A stretch of DNA of 64,000 nt, taken from contig JAUGWO010000046.1 in assembly GCA_049724395.1 (NCBI GenBank), forward strand, positions 62,001-126,000. The letters run 5' to 3'. Made by a program: the position numbers and the translations under genes. Numbering within the stretch: position 1 is the first letter of the stretch; each line of letters begins with the position of its first letter. Below the pieces are notes generated by a model. The model worked only from the letters and a program-made list of their open reading frames with translations, ran no database searches and was not told the DNA's origin. This DNA comes from Spongospora subterranea f. sp. subterranea. Taxonomy: Eukaryota. Below, piece after piece: positions 13,572 through 27,279 of the stretch.

Positions 13572-15738
13572 ATGCTTACCCATAAGCAGGTAGTCGATGT
13601 GAGCACCAGCTCGCAACACGCCGATTATCCTACAAACGAACATGAACCCATTCATAAACAAGAGCGCCGGCTGATCGCCACCGTCACCTCTCCATACACC
13701 GACAAAGAGGTTCGTCTTCGCGCGCGGTTTCGAGAGATGATGCGATTCCCGATGAGCTCAATCATGATCATCAATTCTGAAGCTTTACGCCATGCTCGTA
13801 GTCAGATCCCAGCCATGACCGGCGTACATTGGCCACATATCCGGTTTTTAAGGCACCGTCCACACGTGGAACATAATACCCAGAAACATGGATGGGCGGC
13901 CATGACGTCCGAGAATCGAATTCTCGTGTTAAGTTGCTGTCTTGCCTATACGGGATATGTTATTTGCAGATCCCATGTACCATCCCTTTTACCCATTATT
14001 GTTCAGGTCATGTCCTCTCTCATGTTTGATTATCTATCGCACTGATTCTGGTGGCAGGATTCCGGATTGTCGGTAAACATGTTTGGTTATATATTATCGA
14101 TTGGTCTAGTGGCAATCGCAATAGGGAAAGTGGTCAACGGCTATTTGGCAGATCGGTTTGGAGGAATGATCGTTTTTACTACGTATTTGGTGGCGTCTGC
14201 CGCGACAACAGCACTTCTGGCGCTGTCACCAACAACCCACTCCACAGCGTCCTCCTTCGTAATCCTGTATTGGACTCTGGCCTGGTCCCTAAATCGCTGG
14301 TTCCAATCTGGTGCATGGGGTGCCTTGGTTCTGCTTATGAGTATCCGTATCCCTCAACAATCTTATGGGATGAGTCTGGCGATAGTATTGCTAGGCTATA
14401 GCGCAGGCGACCTAATTGCTCGTTCTGCCTACGGAACGATGGTTTCTTCTGGAATTTCATGGCAAACGGCACTCTTTATAGGCGCTTTTGTTGGGCTTAT
14501 TTGCGCCATCCCTTGCATCTTCCTTTGGCTTAAGCCAACGGACACATCGTTTGACCAAACCCATCAATCATCCCGGAAAACGCCGGCACTTTCAGTGTTT
14601 AATTCACACCAAGCTACGCCAATAATGTCAATGTCAGCGATCACCAAAATCCTGATTGCCAATCCGAAGTTTGTCACGATGACGGTTGCCTATTCCCTGG
14701 TGGCGTTCATTCGGGAGATTGTCGGTACATGGTCAACGGTATTCCTGGTAAATGTTTTGGAGGTGAACTCGGCTTCTGCTGCGACAATATCATTGATAGT
14801 GCCAGTAACGGTCATGATCGCCTCAAATTTCAACGGATTTTTTTGTCGATCGGGCACAAGACAGCAAACGCATCTTGATAATGCAAGTTGTACCGGTTAG
14901 TATCAAGTAGCATTCGAATATTATAGCCCCGCCCTGTTCAGATTCACTCAGCACAAGAAAGTTATCGGTTTCTCCCAGTTTTGCTTGGACCTGTTGGCCC
15001 AGCGTGTGATATATTCACCCTAAAGCCCATACCTCAACAGTATATTGATATTGATCAACTCATTACGGTGTCTGTGGTTGATCAGGCTGCATTACTATGT
15101 CTGGCATCGTCTGCCAGCGTAGCCGTCATGCTGTTACAGCCTAATGGCGCATTACCAATGTGGCTTGGAATTACGATACTGGCTATGATCTCGTTGGGCT
15201 GCGAGATCCATAATGGGTTCATAGAAGGATTTCAGGTGACTCCATATTATAATCAACTTCGCAACGCTTTTTATGGTCACCAAAATCTATTTAAGTAGAT
15301 TCCTTAGTCGGGCAATTTATTCAATATTTCACAACCTTCTGAAAATCTAATTTGTTGTAATGAGAACTAACGAACATTTTTATCTCAAAGGTTGTTGCTC
15401 TATCGGTATCCGTCAACAGGCCGGCGACGGTTTCGGGGTTGTTGGCGTTTTGCAGCAACATCAGCTCCGTGGTTTCGACGGTTGCCGTCGGTTCGATAGT
15501 TGGGTCCCAATCAGGGCGGATAGCTTGGCTATGGATATTCGCCATGATCACGTGTGGATCGTTCGCCGCATCCCTTATCAGCTTGGTTTCCCTGAGATTA
15601 GGTTGTGCCCTAGAGCTGACTCCCGTCGCGTTGTCGGATCCATCGGTTGCAGAGCTGGTTGCCGAACCGGTGATCAGCGCATTGGAAAGCGGCCCGATAA
15701 CTTCTCACGTTGGCCACACAGTCGGCAATCCATTATGA
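13572..15738 (+). CDS. MFS transporter (organophosphate:Pi antiporter/SLC37-like); start may be 13902
   Basis: Multiple hydrophobic helices; YTGYVICR, GKVVNGYLADRFGG (MFS motif A), WSLNRWFQS.AW; +1 frame break in T7 at 14838-14844. Confidence 0.75.
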
Positions 15739-15977
15739 TGATCAAATATAAATATAAACTGGTTTAGGCTTATTATTTCCGTTAAGGGGGTTGTCTCATA
15801 TTGTACACCTTGCTGGGTTTGCTCATATCCGATTCTATACCGGCATCACCCTATTGCTGTTGTCTCTTGTATCGGTTATGTTGATTACAAGTTGTGAGCA
15901 GATTTTAATTTGTTTTCCGACCTTATCAGTAGAACAACGTGTTCGATTTTGAGTGATTCGCGGAATTTATGAATGAT

Positions 15978-16379
15978 TTATTTGATCTGGATGAAGTTTT
16001 CCGCCGCTTTGGCATCGGTTTTGGGAATGTCAATGGTTAGTACCCCGTTGTGATATTCGGCCGAAATCTCTCCAGCATTGACATTTCTCGGAAGGCGGAT
16101 AGAGCGTGATGAATATCCGTACGAACGTTCTGAGAAGCGAATATGCTCCTCTTCGTTATCATCAGAGCGCTCTTCCCTATGTTCAACGGAAACCGTTAGA
16201 ACGCCGTTTTCAGCGTTCAGCTTAATCTCATCTTTTGCTGCTCCTGGAACCTCGACCGAGACCACGTAGTTCTTATCGCGTTCTTTCAGCTCCATTCTCA
16301 TCTGGGGTGTTTGTCCCTGTAAGTTACCGAGGAGTTGACGATTAAGATCGTCGTGGAAACCAAATAGTGATAGACTCAT
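15978..16379 (-). CDS. Small heat shock protein (Hsp20/alpha-crystallin), intronless
   Basis: YVVSVEVPG..KDEIKL..ENGVLTVS; SERSYG...RSIRLP.NV....ISAEY.NGVLTI.IPK. Confidence 0.95.
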   Translation of the reverse strand: MSLSLFGFHDDLNRQLLGNLQGQTPQMRMELKERDKNYVVSVEVPGAAKDEIKLNAENGVLTVSVEHREERSDDNEEEHIRFSERSYGYSSRSIRLPRNVNAGEISAEYHNGVLTIDIPKTDAKAAENFIQIK

Positions 16380-16493
16380 GGGGCTCTTATCTACAGACTG
16401 TGGTAGTTTTGAAGATGTGTTGATCGTGTAACTGTTTTGAAAACGGAAAACATATCATAATCGGGCCACTATATGTAGTGTGATTTCGGTCGT

Positions 16494-16530
16494 GGAATAT
16501 TCCGAAACATACAGTTTTATGGAATATTCC
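16494..16530. promoter_or_regulatory. Putative heat-shock elements upstream of Hsp20
   Basis: Two perfect GGAATATTCC palindromes (nGAAnnTTCn) at 16494-16503 and 16521-16530, 115-150 bp upstream of the Hsp20 ATG. Confidence 0.65.
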
Positions 16531-17074
16531 ACGAATCTCAGACTACTTCCGGTTATTGATTCTTCAGGGTTCATCATCTCTTATGATTTGCTTATGCTAC
16601 AACGATGACCCCAATTCATGTGAAAAAGCTTCAAACGCCGTTCCTAAGAAACATCTGCTATCTGCTAACATTTGCTGGAGCGGCTCGACCGACGAAGGCA
16701 TGATGCACCATTGATCATCAATCAGATAATGGCTAGATAATACAATGACGTCTACACCAGTGTCACGTGAATGTACATACATTTTCCCGTCCTGATACGT
16801 TTCAACGCATCTCAACTGTAGCGAACAATTTTGGACCCACTTGAAGACGCGACACTACCACTGGCCGAGTCATGGCTGAGTGTGTAATCAGGCGGTGCCA
16901 GTTTAAGATGACTCATATTCGTTGAAATATCAAATTCAAAATTGTCATAATAAATTTGGATGGACAAAGAAAGCATCGTTTGTTGAGATTAAGCAAAATT
17001 CTCGTTCTTACGCTGAGGCGCCGGATACCACAAGCTTAAATAACAAAACGGGACCGGTGAACAAAACAACAGAT

Positions 17075-17352
17075 CAACGGTGCTAACAGAAATATCGATA
17101 TGACGACTCGATCAAAGTCTGAGAACCCCGGGTGATAAAACAATGACCTCAGAGTTTTCGTCATGATGCCAATTCTGAAAGGTTAATTGTACATTGGTCA
17201 GCAACAGAAACGCCCTCGGTATTGTTCAGCTCTTTCTGAATTGTGCCCAGATCCGTAGCATGCTTGATAATTATATGGTAAGTTGGCAGTCCCAACGCAA
17301 CGGCATCCACGAGATGATTGAATGGCCAGGCGAACTCGTGTGCCCAAACCGC
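17075..17352 (-). pseudogene. Inverted, degenerate partial copy of the adjacent bromodomain exon plus start of intron 1
   Basis: Translates [41 protein letters not shown] versus [41 protein letters not shown] in the gene; has indels, and similarity continues into intron sequence. Confidence 0.9.
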
Positions 17353-17389
17353 CACCCACGGACGCACATTATTTGCGCAATTTGGCGTT

Positions 17390-19066
17390 ATGTCGGCGAG
17401 CCGGAAGCGGTCTTCATCTCACGTGACCTTGGAGGAAAAACTGGCCAGGAGGGAGCCCATTCTTGTGTCTGTCCAGCAGCTAAAAGAACGATGCAAACGG
17501 GTTTTGGAGGCGGTATCGGCGCATGAGTTCGCCTGGCCATTTAATCAACCCGTGGATGCCGTTGCATTGGGACTGCCAACTTACCATATCATCATCAAGC
17601 ATCCCATGGATCTGGGCACAATTCAGAAGAAGCTGAATAATGACGAGTATGCATCTGTTGCTGAGTTCACTGCCGATGTTCGGTTAACCTTTCAAAATTG
17701 TCATGTGTTCAATGACAAAAATTCAGAGGTAATAGGTTTATCATCCTGTGTTCTCTGGAGTTTGATCGGCTTTGATTGACAAATTTCTGATAGTATCAAT
17801 GGTTTTTCAACTCGTTCACGTTATGATTACATTTTTATCTGGTTCACCTTTTTGCTTACTTGTCTAGCGTGTTGTATCGCATTACTACTTCGTTCATCGT
17901 ATGGACGATTGTTGCTGAGATTCTAACAACGTTTGATATTCGTTTATCGAAATTTTTATATTGATTTTGCTATTCTTTTTCAAAGGAAAACAAAATGTGA
18001 GCTACTTGTAATGAAACAGTTAATTTTACTGTGAGGTCTGTTTGATTGGTTTACGAGCTCAACAATTACTTTTTAGGTTTGGAACATGGCGATGGAAGTC
18101 GCAACTTATTTCGAATGGCTGCTGCTGCATCACGTTGCCCATTGCATTGCTGATGAGTCTGGCAAAGGCGAAGGCAATGGGTTAGTTCAAGGCACAGATC
18201 TCCCTAATTATGCCAAGCGGCTTGTTTCAATTGGGACCGATATCAGGTTCATCAAATTACTATGGTTACTTTTTTTGTATTAAAGTTACGCAGAGCACCG
18301 CTTGAACATCCGGCTAATTCAGCAGCATGTGGCGTTTGCGAGCAGCCAGGCAATCTCCTTTGTTGTGACGGCCCGTGTTTGCGCTCGTTTCACATCTCAT
18401 GCGTTGGCCTGCCCGAATTTCCCTCCGATGAAAGATGGTTTTGCTCTGATTGTCAAATGAAATCCCATCAATGCGCTGTTTGCAGTGAACGGTATTTGCT
18501 GATTTGGCTTTGCGTTATTCCTCTGGATAAATTTTTTCACTAGGGGAACAGATTTTGTTGACGTTTTCCAGTGTGGTCATGTGGCATGCGGTTTGTTCTT
18601 CCATCTAGGCTGTGTGAACCCACACGAATTAACCAAGAAGAAGTCGAAAACTCGCGGCACGAACCGCGGAAATTTCATCTGTCCACATCATTCTTGCACA
18701 AAATGCAAGCAACCCGCGCATTCAGCATTGCTTCTGCAATGCAATCGATGTGTTGATTCATATCATATTGATTGTCTTGTTTCCGGATCCATATGTATCA
18801 ATGCACGATCTATTGTCTGTCCCAAACACGACATAGGATCTTCCCTGGGTTCACTAGAGGCGGTGGCCAGCACAAAAGCCGACGATCCTTGGGCGCTGAA
18901 TCACCTGTTTGACCATTTGAAGTTTGTTAGGCCAAAGTTTGCTACCATGCTGACCGTGCACCCGTATTTGCAGTGTCGCATGCCATGGCAACCTACCCCT
19001 GATTACATGAACTATGCGTTTAGCGGTGAAGTGGGCAAAATGGTTGCTGAAAGACGGAAATCCTAA
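17390..19066 (+). CDS. Bromodomain plus multiple PHD-finger chromatin reader
   Basis: BET-like AWPF.QPVD....[15 protein letters not shown]....Y....F..DVRL.FQNC..FN; intron ~17729-18076; PHD C..C...[14 protein letters not shown]....W.C..C followed by further Cys/His fingers (CPHHSC..C, C.RC..SYH..C, CPKH). Confidence 0.85.
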
Positions 19067-20239
19067 TTAAATGAATATAATTATTGTCATGGACTCATGG
19101 GGCAAGCGTAACAGTGATGAACGTGAAATATTTATCGCTATGGAACGTCTGGAATGTTAACCTGGGAAAATACTTTAATCATTATCGCCTTTAATGTTTG
19201 TATTTGTTCATAAATATGCTATTGCGAATGGGTCAATTATATTCGGTGTATCGAGACTGCGTTGCTAAGACAGAGCTTGGTTTATCGCATTCATGTATGA
19301 AGTCTCAAGCGTCTCGAATTAGTTTCACCATAGCGTTAGCGGATTGACTGTCTGCCTCAAGACGATTGACTGCACAGGCTCACTGACACAGAACTTCGAC
19401 GCAGCAACAGAAGCAGTTAGAGCGTTTTCACAATTCAAAAGAGTTACATTAAAAAACCAGGACTCGGCATCATGACCAGACAGTGCATCGACGCAGATGG
19501 ATTCTGCGAAAACAGAGGCGAACTGCTGCAGGTCTGGTAGACACTCAAGCACATTTCTCCACACTTGCTAAACCGCCTTGACCACCTTCATGTCATTTCC
19601 ACCAACTGGAACAGATATGAACCAGGTTGCAAATGTTGCTCCGAATTGTGACAAATCAATATTATACTAATATCAAACCAATGCGAGCTCGTTTAAAGGG
19701 CGAGACTATCGCGTTTCAACGTTTTGCAACCGTTGCGCTTTGATATTCCCATCATCCGGTATACGAAGGATTGACTGACCCGATTTCTGAAACATATCAA
19801 CCCGGATGCAGAATCCCTACCAACCGCAGGGCTACGGTAGTGTTCGTCAGTAATGGTGTTCAGCCTCACCCTACCTAGCCCTGGTGTCTTATTATATGAC
19901 AATAACGGGGATCTTTGAAACAGTAACAACTCAAAGAAGCCATATTTACCATGAGTCCATGACTCTCCAGCGAAGACGTGAGGGTCAAATATACCAGAGA
20001 GACGCGGGTTTCTCGACAATGTCTTGGTCAGAGATTGGGTCGTATAGGTTATGTTGGAACAATAAACACTGTGCGCCTATATTGTACCAAGCAGTGATTT
20101 ATTCAATGATGTGTCATATATGGTCAATAATGTCATACATTCTCAAACAAGGGTGATTCCGACTATCGAATTTCATCCCCGGATATGATCGTTCCTTATC
20201 GAGTTTCCACTGTCATCACTGAATGTGCGGGGGGTGCTC

Positions 20240-23200
20240 ATGACCGGATTTTTCGATGACTTCGACGACGAGGCGCTTGCAGCATTAGATATCAGCAGTC
20301 TTTATGAAGGCGCTACGGATCCATTTAAATCGCTACCGGGTCATTCCCGTCCCGCCTGTCGACAAGTTTCGATAAATTCTTATTTCGAACCATCCATTCC
20401 TGAAGCTGTAGATCCACAGCTTGCACTGTCAGAGTTTAATGATGGTCTTAAGATCCCGCTAGTTAATGACGTCAATGCAATTTGTACACTTTTGTACCCG
20501 ATAAACTATCCCAAGCGCGACTATCAGGCCAAATGTGTGGAATCAGCTGTTCATGTTTGTCAATAGAGTTTACCCCGTTTTAGACTTGATAATTGATACA
20601 TTTTTGAAATTTAGAAAAATACCCTTGTGGCACTGCCTACTGGTCTCGGTATATTTCTCTCCATAGAAATTTCCTTCACTTGCTTGACGCTTCTACAGGG
20701 AAGACGTTTATCGCTTCGGTGCTGATGTGCAACATGCTACGTTGGTATCCTACAGGACGTTGCGTGTTTATGGCTCCAACACGGCAACTTGTTTTGCAAC
20801 AGGTTGGACAGCGAAATTCACTTATCATCTCTAATCCCTATTTGAGTAGGCCCGAGCTTGTTCGGAAATGGCTCCTATCTCAAACGCGACGATTTTAGCG
20901 CTCGTTGACATACCCCCGAGGTTCGATTACATTTTTGTCGTCTTTTAAGTTTTGAACATTGATGTACAGTGCTCGAGCACCAATTTGGCAAAGCCATAGA
21001 GCCATATTCTGTACTCCTCAGATAGTGGAGAAGGATATTCAAAGTGGTACTTGTCCCCTTGATGAAATCGTTTGTCTCGTTTTTGACGAGGTAAAACTCT
21101 ATAAGGAGTAATATCGTTTACTTATTGACGTATCATATCAGGCACATCATTCGAAAGGCAATGCAGCCATGGCAGGCATCGTAGCCAAAAGGCATGCAGT
21201 AGGCGGCGCTTTCCGTGTTCTGGCACTTTCGGCAACTCCTGGTGGCAATCGAGCGGCGGTTCAAACTGTAATCGACAATCTTCTTATCTCGAAAATCGAA
21301 GCATTCAACCGCGAAGATCCAGATATTCGAAAGTACGTGCAAGTTGTCGTTCAATTTTGACTTCCGACTCATTGCAGTTATTAACAAGATATGTTAACGA
21401 AAGAACAGAGGATTTCGTTGTCATACAACCAACCGAACCTATCGTCAAGTTACTGGTAAACACTATCAATTGCATTCTGATTGGTGCTTATTTTTACCAG
21501 ATGCTCTTAGATAACGTTTGCAAGGAACCCCTCAAGGTGCTACAAGATGCAGGGCTCATCGTATTTGAATCCGTCTTTGTTCTTACATCAAATTGAATAT
21601 TGGTAAAGGATTACCCTTTGGGATCACTTGGTCCTAACCATTTTCATGGGGATCGCTTTGCCGACAGGTTGCGTCAAAAAGGACTGGTGCGTTTAATTGA
21701 CACTACCCAAGTACCTCTGTCTTACACTTTTTATTTACCTCAGCAAGGAAATTGGTCAATCCTGAATAACAAGTCAACGCTACAGGCGCTGCTTTTAGCT
21801 CGCCATTATTTGTTCAACTATTCCATTTCTGCGTTCCTTCTTCAACTAGAATGCGATTTTGGCTCAGGAGCGTGCTCCAACAGTGTCATGACCAGTGCGG
21901 GAAAATCGGCACCAATGGGAATGCTCAAAGAACTGGCGAAGTGCGTAATTCCCGCCATTTTTTTCCGTTATTCAATTCATTGACCTTGTTCCTGCTGAAG
22001 AGATTTTCTGGAAAGAAAATATGTTCATCCAAAGATCGAACGCCTTTGTCAGATATTGGAGAATCACTTTGGAGTGCATTCTGCCAGTAAAGCAATTGTT
22101 TTCGTTGAATATAAACTCTGGTATCTCAGTAAGACTTCTTCATGGGGTTCTCTAATACTTTTGGTATAGTGTCGATGAAATCGTAGAAAAAATCTCGGGT
22201 TGCGTAGGAATTAAGCCGATTCGGTTCGTGGGACAGCAAAAGTCCAGCGGAGCTGGTTGGTAATGTACAACTGTCGCCACCGATTATTTAGTCCTATTCA
22301 GGGGATACCGCTGGTATGCGGCCAAAAGAGCAGAATATGGTTGTCAATGAAATTGCAGATTACTTGTCGTGTTGACCAACTTCTCTTCAGGCACTGGATC
22401 AGTTTCGTAGTGGCCATATAAATGTTCTTGTGGCGACATGCATCGGAGAAGAGGGACTTGACATCGGTGAAGTCGATTTAGTTATTGCATTCGATGCGGC
22501 AAGCTCAGCACTTCGAATGACTCAACGAATGGGTCGAACTGCTCGGCAGGTTTGCCCTTTCAAATCTATAGTGTTGATTCGCTGATAAAACCGAATTTCA
22601 GAGAACAGGGCAATGCATATCACTTTTGATGGATGGGAACGAGATGAGAACTCATCAAAATAATTTAAAAAAGGTTGAGACGTCATTCAAACTTCTTAGC
22701 TCTGGCGCCCTTGTCCTTTCTACAATACCGTGTTCAATACGGCCACCTCGACTTCCTTTGCATACTTCCTTTGAAAAGTGTGACATCACCACGTGGGAAT
22801 CTGCAACTTCGACCAAGAAACGCACAAACGTTGTGCCGGTATTGTTTTTCTTTATGTTTTCGCATGATTGCCCTTTTATGGAGTTTTTCAGCCTCATCTT
22901 CCGTCAACTATTAGAATTGTGTTGAACGCACACCAGCGAAAGGAATTGGAACCTTGGACGTTAACTCAGGGAACTTTCAACTCCATAAGTCCAATGAATC
23001 TTTTGGAAAATGCGGAGCGGGTAGACAACTTCGGCGACCTCAATGTTTTCGTTTGATACTTATCGTGCTCCAGGTTCAAGAGCCATTGCAGCGGCTTACG
23101 CTGCCGTCATCTACTTCAAAAATGTTCGTCAAAATTATGGCTTCTGTCGTTCAGGTGTTGTTTATACCTGACTTATTCGTTGATCACGTCTAATATTATT

Positions 23201-24913
23201 CCAGCTTCGACTAGGTTGTACCCGGTTTATTGACCGTGACGTTGAAGGTTCCGACTCAGACATAGAGTGCCAGCCGTTAGGGAAGGTTGTTTCACCACAA
23301 GGACCCAACGTTTGTCCACAGAGGCAGTCTTTTTTATCACCGGAACGATTTTCGCCACTCGATTCTGAAGAAGAACTAGAAAACCTTTTGAATGATGTCG
23401 ATTTGATACTTAGTCAAAATCATGTTGAACTTCGCTCCCCTGGCCGAAAGGAGACCAGCTCGTGTTTGATTAGTCATAATCAAAGCGAACCTTTACCCCT
23501 TGCTGTTCAGGTTGCCAAGAAGACGGAAACACGACCAGTCGGCTGCAGTGTTTCTCCAAAGAGTTGCAACCGGAACACATCCACAACGCAAAAGAAATCG
23601 CGATATAAGCAATCCAAACTTTCCGTGATCCCATCACTTGCTGTCACCGAAGCTAATAGTATCTGCACGGAGCAAACAGCTTTGCAAAACCAAATGCTCA
23701 GATTCTTGCTGTCGCGCAGGAAGGAGCAAAATTTCTTCTGGCGTCATGACATGAGATTTAATCCGGAATCGGAACCATCACAATCTTCAAGTATCATGTT
23801 TTGCAAAACCAAGTTTACGCGGCCGAAGATCGGTAAAAATGTCCCACGTTTGTCTTTACTTGACAATTGCCTTCCTGCCCTTGCAAGGTTTCATCCTATG
23901 CAAAAGCCAAAATTCAAATCCAGTTCGGATGATCCGGATAGCCGAGAAAGCCTGAATCGCATACAGTGCCGTTCTCTCCATACACCTATTGAAGTGTCTA
24001 GTCCAGAATCAATTCATGTTAGAGGCCATCTTGCTTGCACACAGGTTTTCACCACTTCGAAGAGTTCTCCATTCGAAAATAGTATACGCTCGGGCGGTGT
24101 TTCGTCAGCAGTCCGCGTTGAGGATCCTATTATTGTCCTCGAAGGCCAACAACTTAGCGCTTCCGCATCACCCTTGTCTTCGTTATCATCCGGATTTAAG
24201 TCTTTGTCAAACACAAACGTTCACCCTCCGGACCTGTCAAGAATTCGCCGTCACGATTCCCTAGAACCGCCTCTCAATCTTAGTCATCCCAGTTCTCTAA
24301 TCAGACCCAGTTATACCCCGAATAGGAAGAGGTCTTTACCATTATTATCTACGGTAGACTACCAACCATCCCCCGGCCCCAGCTCTGGCACGCCAATCAG
24401 ACGACGCAAACGCATTGTTTTGCCCATTTTCAAGGAAACCCATCGTAAATCGGAGCATTCTTCAAAATTACAGGTGGTGATTGTAGCTATCCGTCCAGTC
24501 GTATGCTCATTGTTTTTCAACTAGCGTCTAAGAAGAACAAATGATTATGTGAAACCGAAACGTGGCGATAAAGTCGTTTATTCGCCTATCGGTAATGCGA
24601 CTCAAGAGCAAATAAGGAAAACAGGAAAGACGTTTCTTGACTTTGAAACCGAACACAATGGGTCCGATATCTCATCAGATGAAGACGTTGATAGCTGTGA
24701 GGATAACAACAGGTATTCTAATATTTGTGCATCAGACACGACTCTGCGATTAACAGCTCTCACAGCTTCGTCTGTAGCTCCCCATTCTCTGCACCCACCC
24801 ATAAAGGAATATATCTGCAGTCGCTACTCAGCCAAGTGGTAATCACGCCCGCTGTGTCTGATGAGGAGTCTGTAGAGAAGTCGCCCAGCTCATCAGATAA
24901 CCACACACATTAA
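20240..24913 (+). CDS. FANCM: FANCM/Mph1-like DEAH helicase, many introns
   Basis: [92 protein letters not shown]; acidic FLDFE...SSDE and IYLQSLLSQ near the C terminus. Confidence 0.9.
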
Positions 24914-25895
24914 TCACAATTCAATAGATGAACATAGATAATAATTATAATACTCGGCAATCTTGGCATTTATACGCTTTTTTGCTAAATGACAAATTGA
25001 GAATACGCTGTATTTTCAGCAAGTTTCGCAATGATTGTTTAAACAAAACGGATCCGAAATTCGGAAGTCATATTCCTAATGCGACCTTCACTGGGATGTG
25101 GGACATGGATTCTTCTTAGAAGTTGATATTGCCATCTACTAATATTCATCATCCATTCGATCCATCCCCACATTTGAAAAATAAATGCATCATTTGTCTG
25201 GCAACCCAATCGTGAACCGGTGTTGAGGGATATTAACGATAATTTAAGCAATGTAGCTGACAATAGTTGTTGTTGTCGCTACAACACGTTAGTTACGGCG
25301 GTTGTCGTTAATAAGCGCTGAGTATATGAACAGCGGAAATTCGGCGACTGTTGCGCGTCAAGAAGAAGCTATGAGTCTTTTGATTAATTTGTCATTGCCA
25401 TTGAGTCAACATGTTTCAATCCTTTCTGAGCAATCACCTTTAACAGGACTTGAGCCAATCCGAGAAGTGCTAACCTCACTCAGTACAGTACACAATTGGT
25501 ACTGAGTTCCAGCAATGCACACCATTGATGATTGAGCATCAATGCCCATACAGTTATGGATATTGACAAGGTAGACACTCATCAAGCAGTTGGCAATGAC
25601 CCTCAGTAAACAAAAATAATATGATTACATTCTGCTAAACGGCGACGATGAAGCTCTAAATGTGATGTAATGATGCAAGAACTTCTGCAAAATTCTAAAA
25701 CATTGACAACTATGTTCTTATTCATTAACCAGATATCAGTTAAATCGAGGCGCATTTCTGCAGGTGCTTTCGGTCTATTGTAAACAACTATCAATACAAC
25801 AATTTTACCATTTCGCTGGTAAAGTACGGCCCAAACGGGTGGAACGACCGCACAGTATGCTTGCATTGATTCATCAATGCGGCAACGTTGGTTAA

Positions 25896-26375
25896 TTGGT
25901 CAATAGGTTTTCCCCCAATGGTTTGAGGAGCGGCGGGCACTCAAAAAGAGACCCTCATGGGCTAATGATGATTATGTGGATTGACAACTGTGGCGGGCAC
26001 AATGACACCGAAGAGTTGCATAATGTCCTCGCAAAGAATAACACAGTTATTGGGCGATTTCCACCGAACGCCACGGATCTGGTCCAGCGTGCAGATTCTT
26101 TTGTGATAAGCATAATCAAAGACGCGTGGACAGCACGTTGAGAACGTGCGAAGCTTGATATGATTCACATGGGACATTGGTCTGATGCAGCTCGGGCGGC
26201 GCATCTTCTGGCAAATTGGTCAACCCTGGCAACAAACCTTACCTCCAGCTTATGGCTGACGCGGTACGCGACGTTAATTCGCAGCGAGACGCGAATGGGT
26301 TAACGTATGCACGAAAAGAGATGATTCGTTGGGGGTTGTCGTTGGATATCAACGGTCAATGGAGCGAGCAACCGG
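25896..26375 (+). mobile_element. Decayed pogo/Tc5-like (DDE_1) transposase fragment
   Basis: WIDNCGGH...FPPNATDLVQ.ADSFVIS.IKDAW, in-frame TGA at 26139-26141, frameshift near 26200, then GKLVNPG..YLQL.ADAVRDVN.QRD.NGL.YARK.MIR.GL. Confidence 0.75.
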
Positions 26376-27279
26376 TTATTAATTGGCAGAAATCCTGCAT
26401 TTTGAAGGATGTCCAGTCGAAAGTGTTTAAATACAGAAAAAACCCGTCACCGGTGAGATCCCGCTTTGGGGTCATACGTCGTCCTATTCGCCTTACGTCT
26501 CACAACGCCCTGAACGGCGCCTCACGGCTAATGTCGCCCTGAAAAGTGCCAACTGCTAATGTCGATGATCGCAATGCCAGTCATATCAAAGTTCGTCAGA
26601 ACGTACTGCAAGAGTTAGTGGAGCTGATGGTGCTCCTGGAATTGGCCCGTCGAATTCGCGAAACGCACGATGTGCTAATGACACGTGATTCCGTTCTGCG
26701 GCTCAACACGTCATCGATCCAGTGGGTGTCGCTCGTCGCCGCAGACATCGCCTGCAGCACGGATCATTGACCGACATCCTAGCACCTAGCCATCGCCTTG
26801 CGATTCCAGACGCACCATCAGCTCCACTGACTCTTGCGGTACGAACCTTGATCCTTTCGTTCTGAAAAAAAAAACCGTTTTTTTCAATCGATAATTGTCA
26901 AACTTATCGTAATGATCGGGCCCAATACATGGAGGATAGCGTCCCCAGTGAAATGCTTCTTTGAATTCTTTGTTGATATGATACACAATATCAACCAGCT
27001 TAATCCCGACCTTAATTAGGCTCTGGGCGTCATGAAGCCAAGCTGGCTGTTGGGTCAGCGGCCACTGAAGCGATAGGTCGCGCCATCTCGTGCTTATTGA
27101 TCCAGCGTCTAAGCGCTCGAGTGGTGACAATGATGGAGCGCTCATTCTTCAAAACATCGCCTCTGGCGAATCTGCGCCGCATATTTGTCTTGCGCTGTCG
27201 CAATTAAGAAATCGAATTTTGTTGATTGATCCGAAGCCTTTTCTTTACGTGTTGAAGCATGATTCTGATTTTTATACAG

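Noticed and set aside
16597..16916. Small minus-strand gene between Hsp20 and the inverted repeat
   Set aside because: No convincing splice model or recognisable domain.
17161..17367. Second functional bromodomain gene on the minus strand
   Set aside because: No ATG start, indels after the LNN motif and loss of the conserved Asn region; treated as a pseudogenic inverted copy.
19325..20156. ORFs between the PHD gene and FANCM
   Set aside because: Short, interrupted by stops, no recognisable motif; cannot be supported as genes.
26546..26850. Harbinger-like transposase N-terminal fragment
   Set aside because: Resemblance limited to a few residues; too weak to call without a search.
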